This document shows, one piece after another, positions 27,602-34,663 of a DNA stretch of 36,804 nt. The stretch is from Clostridia bacterium (GTDB lineage Bacteria > Bacillota > Clostridia > Christensenellales > CAG-917). How positions within the stretch are numbered: position 1 is the first letter of the stretch; the number at the start of each line of letters is the position of its first letter. Location: the NCBI GenBank assembly GCA_017500745.1, contig JAFVYE010000067.1, forward strand, positions 1 to 36,804, written 5' to 3'. Both the position numbers and the translations under genes were made by a program. Under the pieces are notes generated by a model. The model saw only the letters and a list, made by a program, of their open reading frames with translations, was not told the origin of the DNA and did not search any database.

Positions 27602-27979
27602 TTTTTCGCCTGTTTATTTTAATATTTTATTTTTATTTATTATACCATATATAAGCAATGTTGACAAGTGGAAAAGTCCAAAACTCCCCAACAAAAGCCA
27701 AAAAAGTGTTGTTTATCCCCATCAAAAACATCAGCAAAATAAGCAAAAACACAAGTGTGTTATGTTGACAACTTTTTGTGGATTTCCCTATTTTGTCCCC
27801 AAGTTTAAAAGGGTTGTTCACAACGTCCTATCTATAGGGCGACAATGACCAATATATTGCGACAAAATTTGCAAGTCAAAAAATAATAAAAAAAAAAGAT
27901 GTGAAACAAATTGTGAAACTTATTGCGATTGAATTTTTTTTGTGTTATTTTATTTATATACCCCCAAAGGAGAATGGCT
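27602..27979. other. Candidate oriC-type region between divergent dnaN and parB
   Basis: AT-rich block 27611-27656. DnaA-box-like 9-mers: TTATCCCCA (27713-27721, 1 mismatch), TGTGGATTT (27777-27785, 2 mismatches), TTGTTCACA (27814-27822, 2 mismatches). A10 tract at 27889-27898. No perfect box. Confidence 0.3.
27639..27667 (-). promoter_or_regulatory. Sigma-A promoter of dnaN
   Basis: On the minus strand: TTGTCA (27667-27662), 17 nt, TATAAT (27644-27639). This gives an AT-rich leader of about 30 nt. Confidence 0.55.
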
Positions 27980-28858
27980 ATGGCAGAAAAAGGCGCAAGC
28001 AAGTTTAATGCTCTTTACACAGACCATGAGGAAAACGTTAAGGTTGAAATTGCAGGAGTCAACGCAATTGACGTAGACATCACTCTCATTGACAGAAACC
28101 CTGCTCAACCTCGTAAGACTTTCAACGAAGAGTCCCTTCGTGAAATGGCAACTTCTGTTGCAACCTACGGTGTTTTGCAACCTCTCCTCGTCACAGAGGA
28201 AAAGGGCAGATATCTTATCATCGCAGGCGAACGCCGTTTTAGAGCTGCATATATGGCAGGGCTCAAAAAAGTGCCCGTAATCGTGAGAGAACTCACAAGC
28301 CAACAAATTGCAGAAATCTCTCTCATTGAAAACTTGCACCGTGAGGACCTCAACGCAATTGAAGCTGCAGAGGGCATGCGTGAGCTTATGGAAAACCACA
28401 ATCTCACCCAAGAAGGTGTGGCAGGTCGCATTGGCAAATCACGCCCCTACGTCACCAACACACTTCGCCTCCTTCAACTGCCCAAGGAAGTCACAGACAT
28501 GGTCAAGGAAGGACGCCTCTCTCCCGGCCATGCAAGAGCGCTCATCTCCATTGACGACAAAGAGTATCTCATCCAACTTGCAAAGCAGGCCTGTGACAGT
28601 CACCTTTCAGTCCGTGATCTTGAAACAAAAGTTCGTCTTTACTTCACAAGAAAAACAATCCCAGTCGGCCCCAGAAAACAACCTCTCCCCATTGAGCTTA
28701 AAGAGATGGTTGGCGATATGAAGCGTGTGTTTGCAACAAAGGTTAAACTTCTTGGCAACGAAAACAAAGGACGCATCTGCATTGACTATTTCAACAAGGA
28801 CGATCTTGACAGAATCCACGAAATCATTCAACGCCTCAAATACGAAGAAAAACTCTAA
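27980..28858 (+). CDS. parB: ParB/Spo0J-family partition protein
   Basis: AGGAGA (27968-27973) lies 6 nt before the ATG at 27980. ParB motifs present: LQPLLV, GERRFRAA, IENLHREDLN, and the HTH LTQEGVAGRIGKSRPYVTNTLRLL. It could formally be a Noc paralog. Confidence 0.85.
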   Translation: MAEKGASKFNALYTDHEENVKVEIAGVNAIDVDITLIDRNPAQPRKTFNEESLREMATSVATYGVLQPLLVTEEKGRYLIIAGERRFRAAYMAGLKKVPVIVRELTSQQIAEISLIENLHREDLNAIEAAEGMRELMENHNLTQEGVAGRIGKSRPYVTNTLRLLQLPKEVTDMVKEGRLSPGHARALISIDDKEYLIQLAKQACDSHLSVRDLETKVRLYFTRKTIPVGPRKQPLPIELKEMVGDMKRVFATKVKLLGNENKGRICIDYFNKDDLDRIHEIIQRLKYEEKL

Positions 28859-28879
28859 TCCTACAACTTTTGCAAAAAT

Positions 28880-28908
28880 AAAATCCCACGTTTTGTGGGA
28901 TTTTTTTT
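28880..28908. terminator. Bidirectional terminator between parB and rsmG
   Basis: ATCCCAC (28883-28889), loop GTTTT, GTGGGAT (28895-28901), then T8. Preceded by an A-run. Confidence 0.75.
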
Positions 28909-28912
28909 GTCA

Positions 28913-29620
28913 TCACAAAGGACGCTTTTTGATTTGTCCGTATTGCCTTGGATAGCCGTTTGGAGTAGGAGCCATCTTTTCAAACACAAGGATTGCACGC
29001 CTATCTCCCGTGGGCAAATTAAACTCAAACGTATGTTTATGTGCTATTTTGAGCTTATCAAGTGCGTTTTTTGCGTTTTCAAGCTCGCTTTCATCGGTTT
29101 TGTATGCAAGCATCAAGCCACCAACTTTTATGAGGGGGGAGCATATTTCAAGGAGAACAGGAAGTGCAGACACTGCTCTTGCTGTGACCACGTCAAACTT
29201 TGAAAACAAGTCCTTGCACTCCTCTGCTCTGCCAGACACGGTGGTCAAGTTTTTGACGCCAAGAAATCTTGCTGTGCTACCAACAAAGTTCATCTTTTTT
29301 GCGGTTGAGTCAAGGGCTGTCACGCTGACGTCTTCACGTACCGCTGCAATAGGAAATGATGGAAATCCACCACCACTTCCAACGTCAATGAGGGATGCAT
29401 CTTTGGGGATGAATCCAACACCTGCTATGCTGTCAATGAGGTGCTTGACCACAAACTCATCCTTGGCTGTGATTGAAGTGAGATTAAACTCCTTGTTGGC
29501 TTCTATTACAGCGTCATAGTACGCTTCAAGAGCATCAATGCTGTCCTCTGAAAGAGTGACGCCAAGATGACCAAAGAGTTTGTTTACGCTTTCTGCAAGC
29601 AAAATTCTGTTTATTGACAT
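28913..29620 (-). CDS. rsmG: 16S rRNA (guanine527-N7)-methyltransferase RsmG (GidB)
   Basis: NLTSI...KHLIDS, the SAM motif IDVGSGGGFPSFPIA, and VTARAV. 235 aa. Confidence 0.9.
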   Translation of the reverse strand: MSINRILLAESVNKLFGHLGVTLSEDSIDALEAYYDAVIEANKEFNLTSITAKDEFVVKHLIDSIAGVGFIPKDASLIDVGSGGGFPSFPIAAVREDVSVTALDSTAKKMNFVGSTARFLGVKNLTTVSGRAEECKDLFSKFDVVTARAVSALPVLLEICSPLIKVGGLMLAYKTDESELENAKNALDKLKIAHKHTFEFNLPTGDRRAILVFEKMAPTPNGYPRQYGQIKKRPL

Positions 29621-31074
29621 TGGTTATTCTCCAAAATTTTTCTTTTTCTACGGCGTTTGTTTATTGGGTTTTTGTCCTCAATTAGCAATGCAAAAATCAC
29701 CGCAAGCACCAGGAATACTATGCAATATGGGAACAACACTTTGAACCCTGCGTTTTCAAATCCTCCAAACAAATGGCCTGTGTTGTCAATGAGGACACCA
29801 GAGAGAATAGGTGTCACCACCATTGCAAGAGTCATTGCCACAGAAAAGACACCTGTTTCCTTGCCCAGTTTGCTGTCTGGGGCGTTTTCAAGATAAAAGG
29901 GATATATGTTGACCATTGCAAAGCCAAAGCTCACTCCAAGGCCCATAAACACCAAATAAAGAATGGGATGAGGTGTTGAGAAGAGGATTGTCACAGAGAA
30001 GCATATGAGCATGAGCACAAAACCAGACAGAATTGTATATTTTCTGCCAATCTTTCCTGCAAGCCAACTTGATAAGGGGAAGGTGAGCATTGCTGCCGCC
30101 TGCGCAATGATGAGAGGGATTATGGCTTGGCTTTGAGCAAAGTGCAAGATTGTCTTTGCATACATGATGAAGTTTGACGTGATTGCGTTGTAAGCCATAT
30201 AAAAGCAGAACACAATGCCCAATATGCAAAGTTTGTTGAAAGTTGCATTTTTTCGTAGGCTGTCAAATCTTTTTGCAATGCAGTATTGTTTGGTTGCGTC
30301 AATATGAGGAAGATGCAACAAAGTGTCCTCGGTGTTGACGTTGTACGAGGGCTTTAAATCAACTTCAAGTTGAGGTGTGTTGTCAATGGTGTCAAAGTTG
30401 ATTGTTTCTGCCACGTCTCCGTCAGGGATGAGATCTTGTTGTTCCTGCTCAAATTCAAGAGCCACTTCCCTGTTGAACTTGTTTTCCTTGACAGCGATGC
30501 AAAACCAAACAAGGAGAACAAGGGTTGTGCCAATCATAAGACCGCCATATGTCCAAAAACCATCTTTTACGTCTTTGGGCATAAGCATAAAATAGCCGAG
30601 AGCCATAACCGTTGTGATGACAGACACAATGTTTGAAATGGCGTTTGCTTTGCTACGGAACTTGTCGGGATTGATGTCGGGCACGATTGCAAGAGCGGGA
30701 GAGCGGTATGCTGCAAGACTTGCAAGCGTGAGCATAAGACAAATGATAAAAGGCACAAAATAATCTTTGCCAAGAGATGCAAACACACACACTCCTGCAA
30801 ATGCTATCATTTCAACAATAGTGCCAATCACAACGTAGGGCTTGCGCTTGCCGAAGCGTGTCCCCTTTGACATATCGCTGAGTTTGCCAAAAATAGGGAG
30901 CAAAATTAAGCCAAAAATGTTGTCACTTGCAATGATAACACCATGCCAAAAGGATGAAAGATTGTAAACCTCGTAGTTGACCACTTGCATAAAGGAGTCG
31001 TATGATCCCCAAAACAAAGCAATCCATCCAAATGCTAATGAACAAAGTATAGTGCGTTTATAGTTGAATTTCAT
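29611..31074 (-). CDS. MFS-type transporter (12 TM helices with a long central loop)
   Basis: Hydrophobic periodicity throughout, with a hydrophilic central loop of about 90 aa. The start is set at MKFNYKRT (31074), consistent with promoter TTGCAT (31112-31107), 17 nt, TATTAT (31089-31084). The track ORF extends to 31158. The stop overlaps the rsmG start by 10 nt. Confidence 0.7.
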   Translation of the reverse strand: MKFNYKRTILCSLAFGWIALFWGSYDSFMQVVNYEVYNLSSFWHGVIIASDNIFGLILLPIFGKLSDMSKGTRFGKRKPYVVIGTIVEMIAFAGVCVFASLGKDYFVPFIICLMLTLASLAAYRSPALAIVPDINPDKFRSKANAISNIVSVITTVMALGYFMLMPKDVKDGFWTYGGLMIGTTLVLLVWFCIAVKENKFNREVALEFEQEQQDLIPDGDVAETINFDTIDNTPQLEVDLKPSYNVNTEDTLLHLPHIDATKQYCIAKRFDSLRKNATFNKLCILGIVFCFYMAYNAITSNFIMYAKTILHFAQSQAIIPLIIAQAAAMLTFPLSSWLAGKIGRKYTILSGFVLMLICFSVTILFSTPHPILYLVFMGLGVSFGFAMVNIYPFYLENAPDSKLGKETGVFSVAMTLAMVVTPILSGVLIDNTGHLFGGFENAGFKVLFPYCIVFLVLAVIFALLIEDKNPINKRRRKRKILENNQCQ

Positions 31075-31250
31075 AGTGATATAATAATAACACCCAAGTG
31101 AGCGATATGCAACATTTTGTTGCATAAGACAAAGTTTATTAAAAACGCCTTTTGTCAAAACCTGTCAAAAACAAGGGATTTGTTGCCAAAACAGCTCATC
31201 TACACTTGCAATGGCAAAGCAATTCGTGTAAAATCAAAGTGGAGGCAGAT

Positions 31251-31973
31251 ATGAGAATTGGCATAATCACCGCAATGACAGATGAAACAATGCCCCTTTA
31301 TGAAAAGCTGGGCAAGTCAAAAGGCACAGGCAAGGTTGCAGGTGCAACAGTCCATAAATTTGAAATTGACGGAAATGAAATTTATCTTGCAAAGTCAGGA
31401 GTAGGCGAAATTCGTGCTGCCCTCACCGCTCAAATGCTTGTGGATATCTTTGAGGTTGAGGTGCTTCTCAATTTTGGCTTTGTGGGCTCTTTGGATAGCC
31501 GTTTTGACGTGGGCGATATGGTGCTTGTCGGTGCCGTTGTCCATTATCAATTTGACACCACGGAGATTGACAACGTGGCAGTTGGTCAATATGACGGCAA
31601 AGATACTCCATATTTTCACACAGACACCACACTCATTGCCAAGGTTCAAAACCAACTCGGTGGCATATTGCCCGTTGTAATTGACGCATCTGGCGACAAA
31701 TTTGTGGCATCAAGTGAGGAGAAAAATTATCTCCGCACCTTCGGTGCTCATGTATGTGAAATGGAATGCGCCGGTCTTGTCATTGCATCAGAAAGAAACA
31801 ACGTGCCCCTTTTGTCCATCAAAGTCATATCTGACAAAGCGGACGAAAGTGCCAATGTGTCCTTTGGCGAAGTTGTAAAACGTGGACTTACAAAATATGA
31901 GCAAATTTTCCCTGCCGTGCTCAAAGCAATCACAGGAGAAAATAGCACTCCCCTGCCACCTGTCAAACTTTGA
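31251..31973 (+). CDS. mtnN: 5'-methylthioadenosine/S-adenosylhomocysteine nucleosidase
   Basis: GGAGG (31241-31245) precedes the ATG at 31251. MRIGIITAM, KSGVGE, SGDKF, CEMECAG and VISDKADE match PNP_UDP_1/MtnN landmarks. Confidence 0.8.
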   Translation: MRIGIITAMTDETMPLYEKLGKSKGTGKVAGATVHKFEIDGNEIYLAKSGVGEIRAALTAQMLVDIFEVEVLLNFGFVGSLDSRFDVGDMVLVGAVVHYQFDTTEIDNVAVGQYDGKDTPYFHTDTTLIAKVQNQLGGILPVVIDASGDKFVASSEEKNYLRTFGAHVCEMECAGLVIASERNNVPLLSIKVISDKADESANVSFGEVVKRGLTKYEQIFPAVLKAITGENSTPLPPVKL

Positions 31974-32070
31974 CAAAAAGCAACCAACTGCACAGCTTGA
32001 CACAAAGGATTGAAAAAAACAGCAACCAAAAACCAACAAAACATAAACAGACAAATATAAACAAAAATTT

Positions 32071-32095
32071 TGACTATATACAAAGTATATAGTCA
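32071..32095 (+). promoter_or_regulatory. Perfect 11-bp inverted repeat immediately upstream of luxS
   Basis: TGACTATATAC-AAA-GTATATAGTCA ends 10 nt before the luxS ATG. No SD is visible. Confidence 0.5.
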
Positions 32096-32105
32096 AACTA
32101 CAATT

Positions 32106-32534
32106 ATGGAAAGAATCACATCATTCAACATTGATCACAACGTGCTGACTCCAGGCATATACCTCAACCGTGTGGATGGCAACGTGTTTACATATGACCT
32201 TCGTTTCAAAGCACCAAACAAAGGGGATTATCTCCACACAGCAGGCATGCACACCGTGGAACATCTCTTTGCAACGGTTGTCCGCAACAGCCCCTACAAA
32301 GACAAGGTTGTTTATTTTGGACCTATGGGATGCAGAACTGGTTTTTATCTCCTACTCTTTGACACCCCTGACATCAACGATGCAAAGCGCATCGTCACGG
32401 AGTGTGTTGAAAAATGTCTTGAACTCAACTCAATCCCCGGATCCAAAAAGATTGAGTGTGGCAACTACCGCTCACACAACCTTGCAGATGCCAAAAAGGA
32501 GCTGACAGCATATCTTGGAGTCCTCAAAAGATAA
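32106..32534 (+). CDS. luxS: S-ribosylhomocysteine lyase
   Basis: The metal-binding HTVEH motif and the GPMGCRTGFY block typical of LuxS. The start is trimmed to MERITSF. Confidence 0.9.
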   Translation: MERITSFNIDHNVLTPGIYLNRVDGNVFTYDLRFKAPNKGDYLHTAGMHTVEHLFATVVRNSPYKDKVVYFGPMGCRTGFYLLLFDTPDINDAKRIVTECVEKCLELNSIPGSKKIECGNYRSHNLADAKKELTAYLGVLKR

Positions 32535-32600
32535 CAATCCAAACAAAGACAAATCAAACAATTTTCTATAAATTGCAAAAACAAAAATATAGAAAAATCA

Positions 32601-32626
32601 AAAGCCGAGCAAAAGCTCGGTTTTAT
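32601..32626 (+). terminator. Intrinsic terminator after luxS
   Basis: AGCCGAGC (32603-32610), loop AAAA, GCTCGG (32615-32620), then TTTTATTATT. Confidence 0.7.
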
Positions 32627-32630
32627 TATT

Positions 32631-32663
32631 GCCAAAACATCGCCAAAACATTGCCAAAATCAC
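32631..32663 (+). repeat. Tandem array A: three copies of an 11-nt unit, GCCAAAACAT(N)
   Basis: Copies start at 32631, 32642 and 32653. Confidence 0.8.
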
Positions 32664-32664
32664 A

Positions 32665-32777
32665 CCCCCTAAAATACTAACTCCCCAAAATACTATTCCC
32701 CTAAAATACTATTCCCCTAAAATACTAACTCCCTATAATACTAATTCCCCCAAATACTAACTCCCCAAAATACAATC
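32665..32777 (+). repeat. Tandem array B: seven copies of a 15-18 nt unit, CCCC(T)AAAATACTAAYT
   Basis: Units start at 32665, 32683, 32698, 32714, 32731, 32747 and 32763. The line 32701-32760 contains no G at all. Confidence 0.9.
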
Positions 32778-32844
32778 AAACTCTCTGTTGTATAAATCAG
32801 CACTCTACCACACAAATAGACCACACCTTTGCTACGTCACGTAA

Positions 32845-33150
32845 CCTACAGCCATAACATACTCCCACAACCCCTAAATACCCTATCAGCCATAAACACC
32901 CTATCATCTATAAACACTCTATTAGCTATAACACGCTCTATCAGCTATACACACTTTCTCAGTCCTAAACACTCTCACAGTTCTACATACTCCAACAACC
33001 CCTAATACCCTCTCAGCCACAACACGCTCTCAGCTACAACACGCTCTCAGCCATAACACGTTCACAACCCCTAAAACCCTATCAACCATAACACACTCTA
33101 TCAGCTAATAAACCACTCTCACAGCTCTACATACTCCCACAACTCACCCC
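32845..33150 (+). repeat. Tandem array C: about 13 degenerate copies of a roughly 17-nt unit, CTMTCAGCYAYAACACG, interspersed with CCCACAACCCCTAAATA-type elements
   Basis: Example run: CTCTCAGCCACAACACG CTCTCAGCTACAACACG CTCTCAGCCATAACACG at 33010-33060. The interspersed element recurs near 32863, 32991, 33063 and 33135, which indicates a higher-order repeat. Confidence 0.8.
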
Positions 33151-33174
33151 GCCCCACAACCATTAGTGCCCCAC

Positions 33175-33254
33175 AACTCAACGCACTCACGCAACTCAAC
33201 GCAACTGAACGCACTCACGCAACTCAACGCACTCACGCAACTCAACGAATTCAC
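33175..33254 (+). repeat. Tandem array D: about four copies of an 18-nt unit, AACTCAACGC+ACTCACGC
   Basis: Alternating 10-nt and 8-nt subunits can be read directly at 33175-33248. Confidence 0.85.
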
Positions 33255-33485
33255 ATAATCCCTAACAACAACCAAAAACAACAAAATCTACTATTCTAAT
33301 TGATCCCACCACTTTCAACGTATAATCAAATTCATTTTCTATAAAACAATAAAAACAAATATATAAAAAAAACAAAATAGAAACCATAAATAACAATCAA
33401 GCATTTATAAATACGGTCATAAGAATAAACAAAAGTGCAAATGTAAAATTTTCTATTCAAGAGGAAACCAAACAAACAAAATAAA

Positions 33486-33501
33486 TGTTTTACGTGAAAC
33501 A
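33486..33501. promoter_or_regulatory. parS-like site (1 mismatch)
   Basis: TGTTTTACGTGAAACA compared with the canonical TGTTNCACGTGAAACA. Confidence 0.7.
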
Positions 33502-33900
33502 TTTTACTATGTTTTGTAATTTGGCATTTAATAGAAGAATGAAATGAGCCAAACAAAACCGCCAAATTCTGCTCAAAATCCTGTCAAAAACGATGCGAAA
33601 AAAGGCGAATAAACCCTCATAAAAAGGAAAAATAAAACAATAGAAAAACTGCATAAAGCTCAACAGAGGTTTAAAAAGCAAAACTGGTCAATAACAATAG
33701 CAAGTACGTGCAAAAAAAACTTAACAAATTTAAAGGAAAAGTTAGCCAAAAATGTTTCACAAAGGAATTTGCGGGAAAAACTCCTCAAAAATAAGCAGGG
33801 ATGTGGCCAAAGCCGACCAATTTGTCAAGAAATCCACAAAAATTATGCATTTTCAAGCCGAAAAACCAGCAAAAGAAACGCAAAAATCAAATAAAACAAA

Positions 33901-33916
33901 GGATTCACGAGAAACA
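33901..33916. promoter_or_regulatory. Degenerate parS-like site (3 mismatches)
   Basis: GGATTCACGAGAAACA. Confidence 0.3.
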
Positions 33917-33950
33917 TCTCCGAAGACCTTAAAATCGTCCAAAAAATATA

Positions 33951-33966
33951 TGTTTCACGTGGAACA
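33951..33966. promoter_or_regulatory. parS site, exact match to the consensus
   Basis: TGTTTCACGTGGAACA is the exact reverse complement of TGTTCCACGTGAAACA. Confidence 0.85.
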
Positions 33967-33983
33967 ATGGTCGGATGGGTGTG

Positions 33984-33999
33984 TGTTTCATGTGAAACA
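33984..33999. promoter_or_regulatory. parS-like site (1 mismatch)
   Basis: TGTTTCATGTGAAACA, 18 bp from the perfect site. Confidence 0.7.
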
Positions 34000-34015
34000 A
34001 AAACGCCTTAAAAGT

Positions 34016-34067
34016 GCCCAAAAATAGCCAAAAACAGCCATTTTTGATGGTTTTTGGGCTATTTTTG
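34016..34067. repeat. Imperfect inverted repeat at the A-rich to T-rich switch point
   Basis: CAAAAATAGCCAAAAAC (34019-34035) against the reverse complement of GTTTTTGGGCTATTTTTG (34050-34067). There is one indel and a 14-nt spacer. Confidence 0.7.
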
Positions 34068-34221
34068 ACCTATGAAAAATAATTTTTCGGCTTTTCCTCA
34101 TCTAATTTTTTGGCCTCAAAAATCGGTCTTTCCCCATTGAAATTTGGGGGTCTTTTGTTTCGCAAAAATACTAATAAAAATTATTAGTTTCACAATTATT
34201 TTATCTTATAATAAAAAAACG

Positions 34222-34285
34222 GTTTTTTAGGCGTTTTTTAGGCATATTTTAGGTGTTTATTAGGTTTTTTTGGGCTGTTTTCAGC
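34222..34285 (+). repeat. Tandem array E: 5-6 copies of an 11-nt unit, GTTTTTTAGGC, roughly the reverse complement of array A
   Basis: Units start at 34222, 34233, 34244, 34255, 34266 and 34276. Confidence 0.75.
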
Positions 34286-34517
34286 ATGTGTGTAGTGTTT
34301 TTTTACTTAAATTTATGCTTTATTTGTGGTATTTTACAAGATTTAATTTTTATTTTTTATCTGACTTTTGCTCTATTTTAACCTTTTTTATTATATTTTT
34401 GGCATTCTTACTGCGATATTGATCAATTCTGTATTACCACGTTGATGTAAATGCAACGGTCCCTTGCAGATGAGCCCAGCAATGTTACTTTATTGATTAC
34501 GCATAAACAAAATAACA

Positions 34518-34546
34518 TTGATATTTTGAGGGTTGTTTGATATAAT
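34518..34546 (+). promoter_or_regulatory. Near-consensus sigma-A promoter
   Basis: TTGATA (34518-34523), 17 nt, TG-extended TATAAT (34541-34546). It lies about 185 nt upstream of the kinase ATG. Confidence 0.6.
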
Positions 34547-34640
34547 CAAGCCGGTGTCACATAAAACAATGGCTTTGTCCATGTAAATTTTGGCTGCTTT
34601 TGCCAATGATAAATGTGGTAAAAAGACAGATTGTTTTGTG

Positions 34641-34663
34641 TTTACTTAACTGAGTTAAGTAAA
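34641..34663. repeat. Palindrome copy 1: TTTACTTAAC-TGA-GTTAAGTAAA
   Basis: Perfect 10-bp arms. The arms plus the trailing AG are identical to the copy at 35154-35176. Confidence 0.85.

Noticed and set aside
29611-31158. A longer MFS transporter start at 31158 (28 extra residues, MTKGVFNKLCLMQQ...).
   Set aside because: The extension is not hydrophobic or signal-like and overlaps a good promoter (TTGCAT, 17 nt, TATTAT) that points to the ATG at 31074. The shorter form is preferred, without certainty.
32665-33150. Telomere-like CCCTAAA/CCCTAAAA words, the reverse complement of plant and algal TTTAGGG/TTTTAGGG.
   Set aside because: The word is embedded in longer 16-17 nt units rather than repeated head-to-tail, and the locus is internal to a gene-dense bacterial segment. 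I treat it as a curiosity, relevant only to the G-tract potential, not as evidence of a chromosome end.
32631-33254. A possible CRISPR array.
   Set aside because: The repeats are directly tandem, with no unique spacers of 25-40 nt between them. The units are 11-18 nt and degenerate. No cas genes or leader are present in the window.
32631-33254. A type III toxin-antitoxin style repeat RNA (ToxI-like).
   Set aside because: Those arrays have units of about 35-45 nt immediately followed by a terminator and a toxin endoribonuclease gene. Here the units are 11-18 nt and no ORF follows for more than 1.4 kb.
33332-33681. Two minus-strand ORFs (77 and 63 aa) in the A-rich block.
   Set aside because: They translate T-rich complement sequence into F/L/I/Y low-complexity strings. 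They have no start context, overlap each other and overlap a parS site.
33752-34027. A 91-aa plus-strand ORF (MFHKGICGK...) inside the large non-coding tract.
   Set aside because: It has no SD and a low-complexity K/S-rich sequence. Its recurring MFH/VFH/MFHVEQ peptides are simply translations of the parS sites and half-site (TGTTTCAC...). The open frame is a by-product of A-rich DNA, not a gene.
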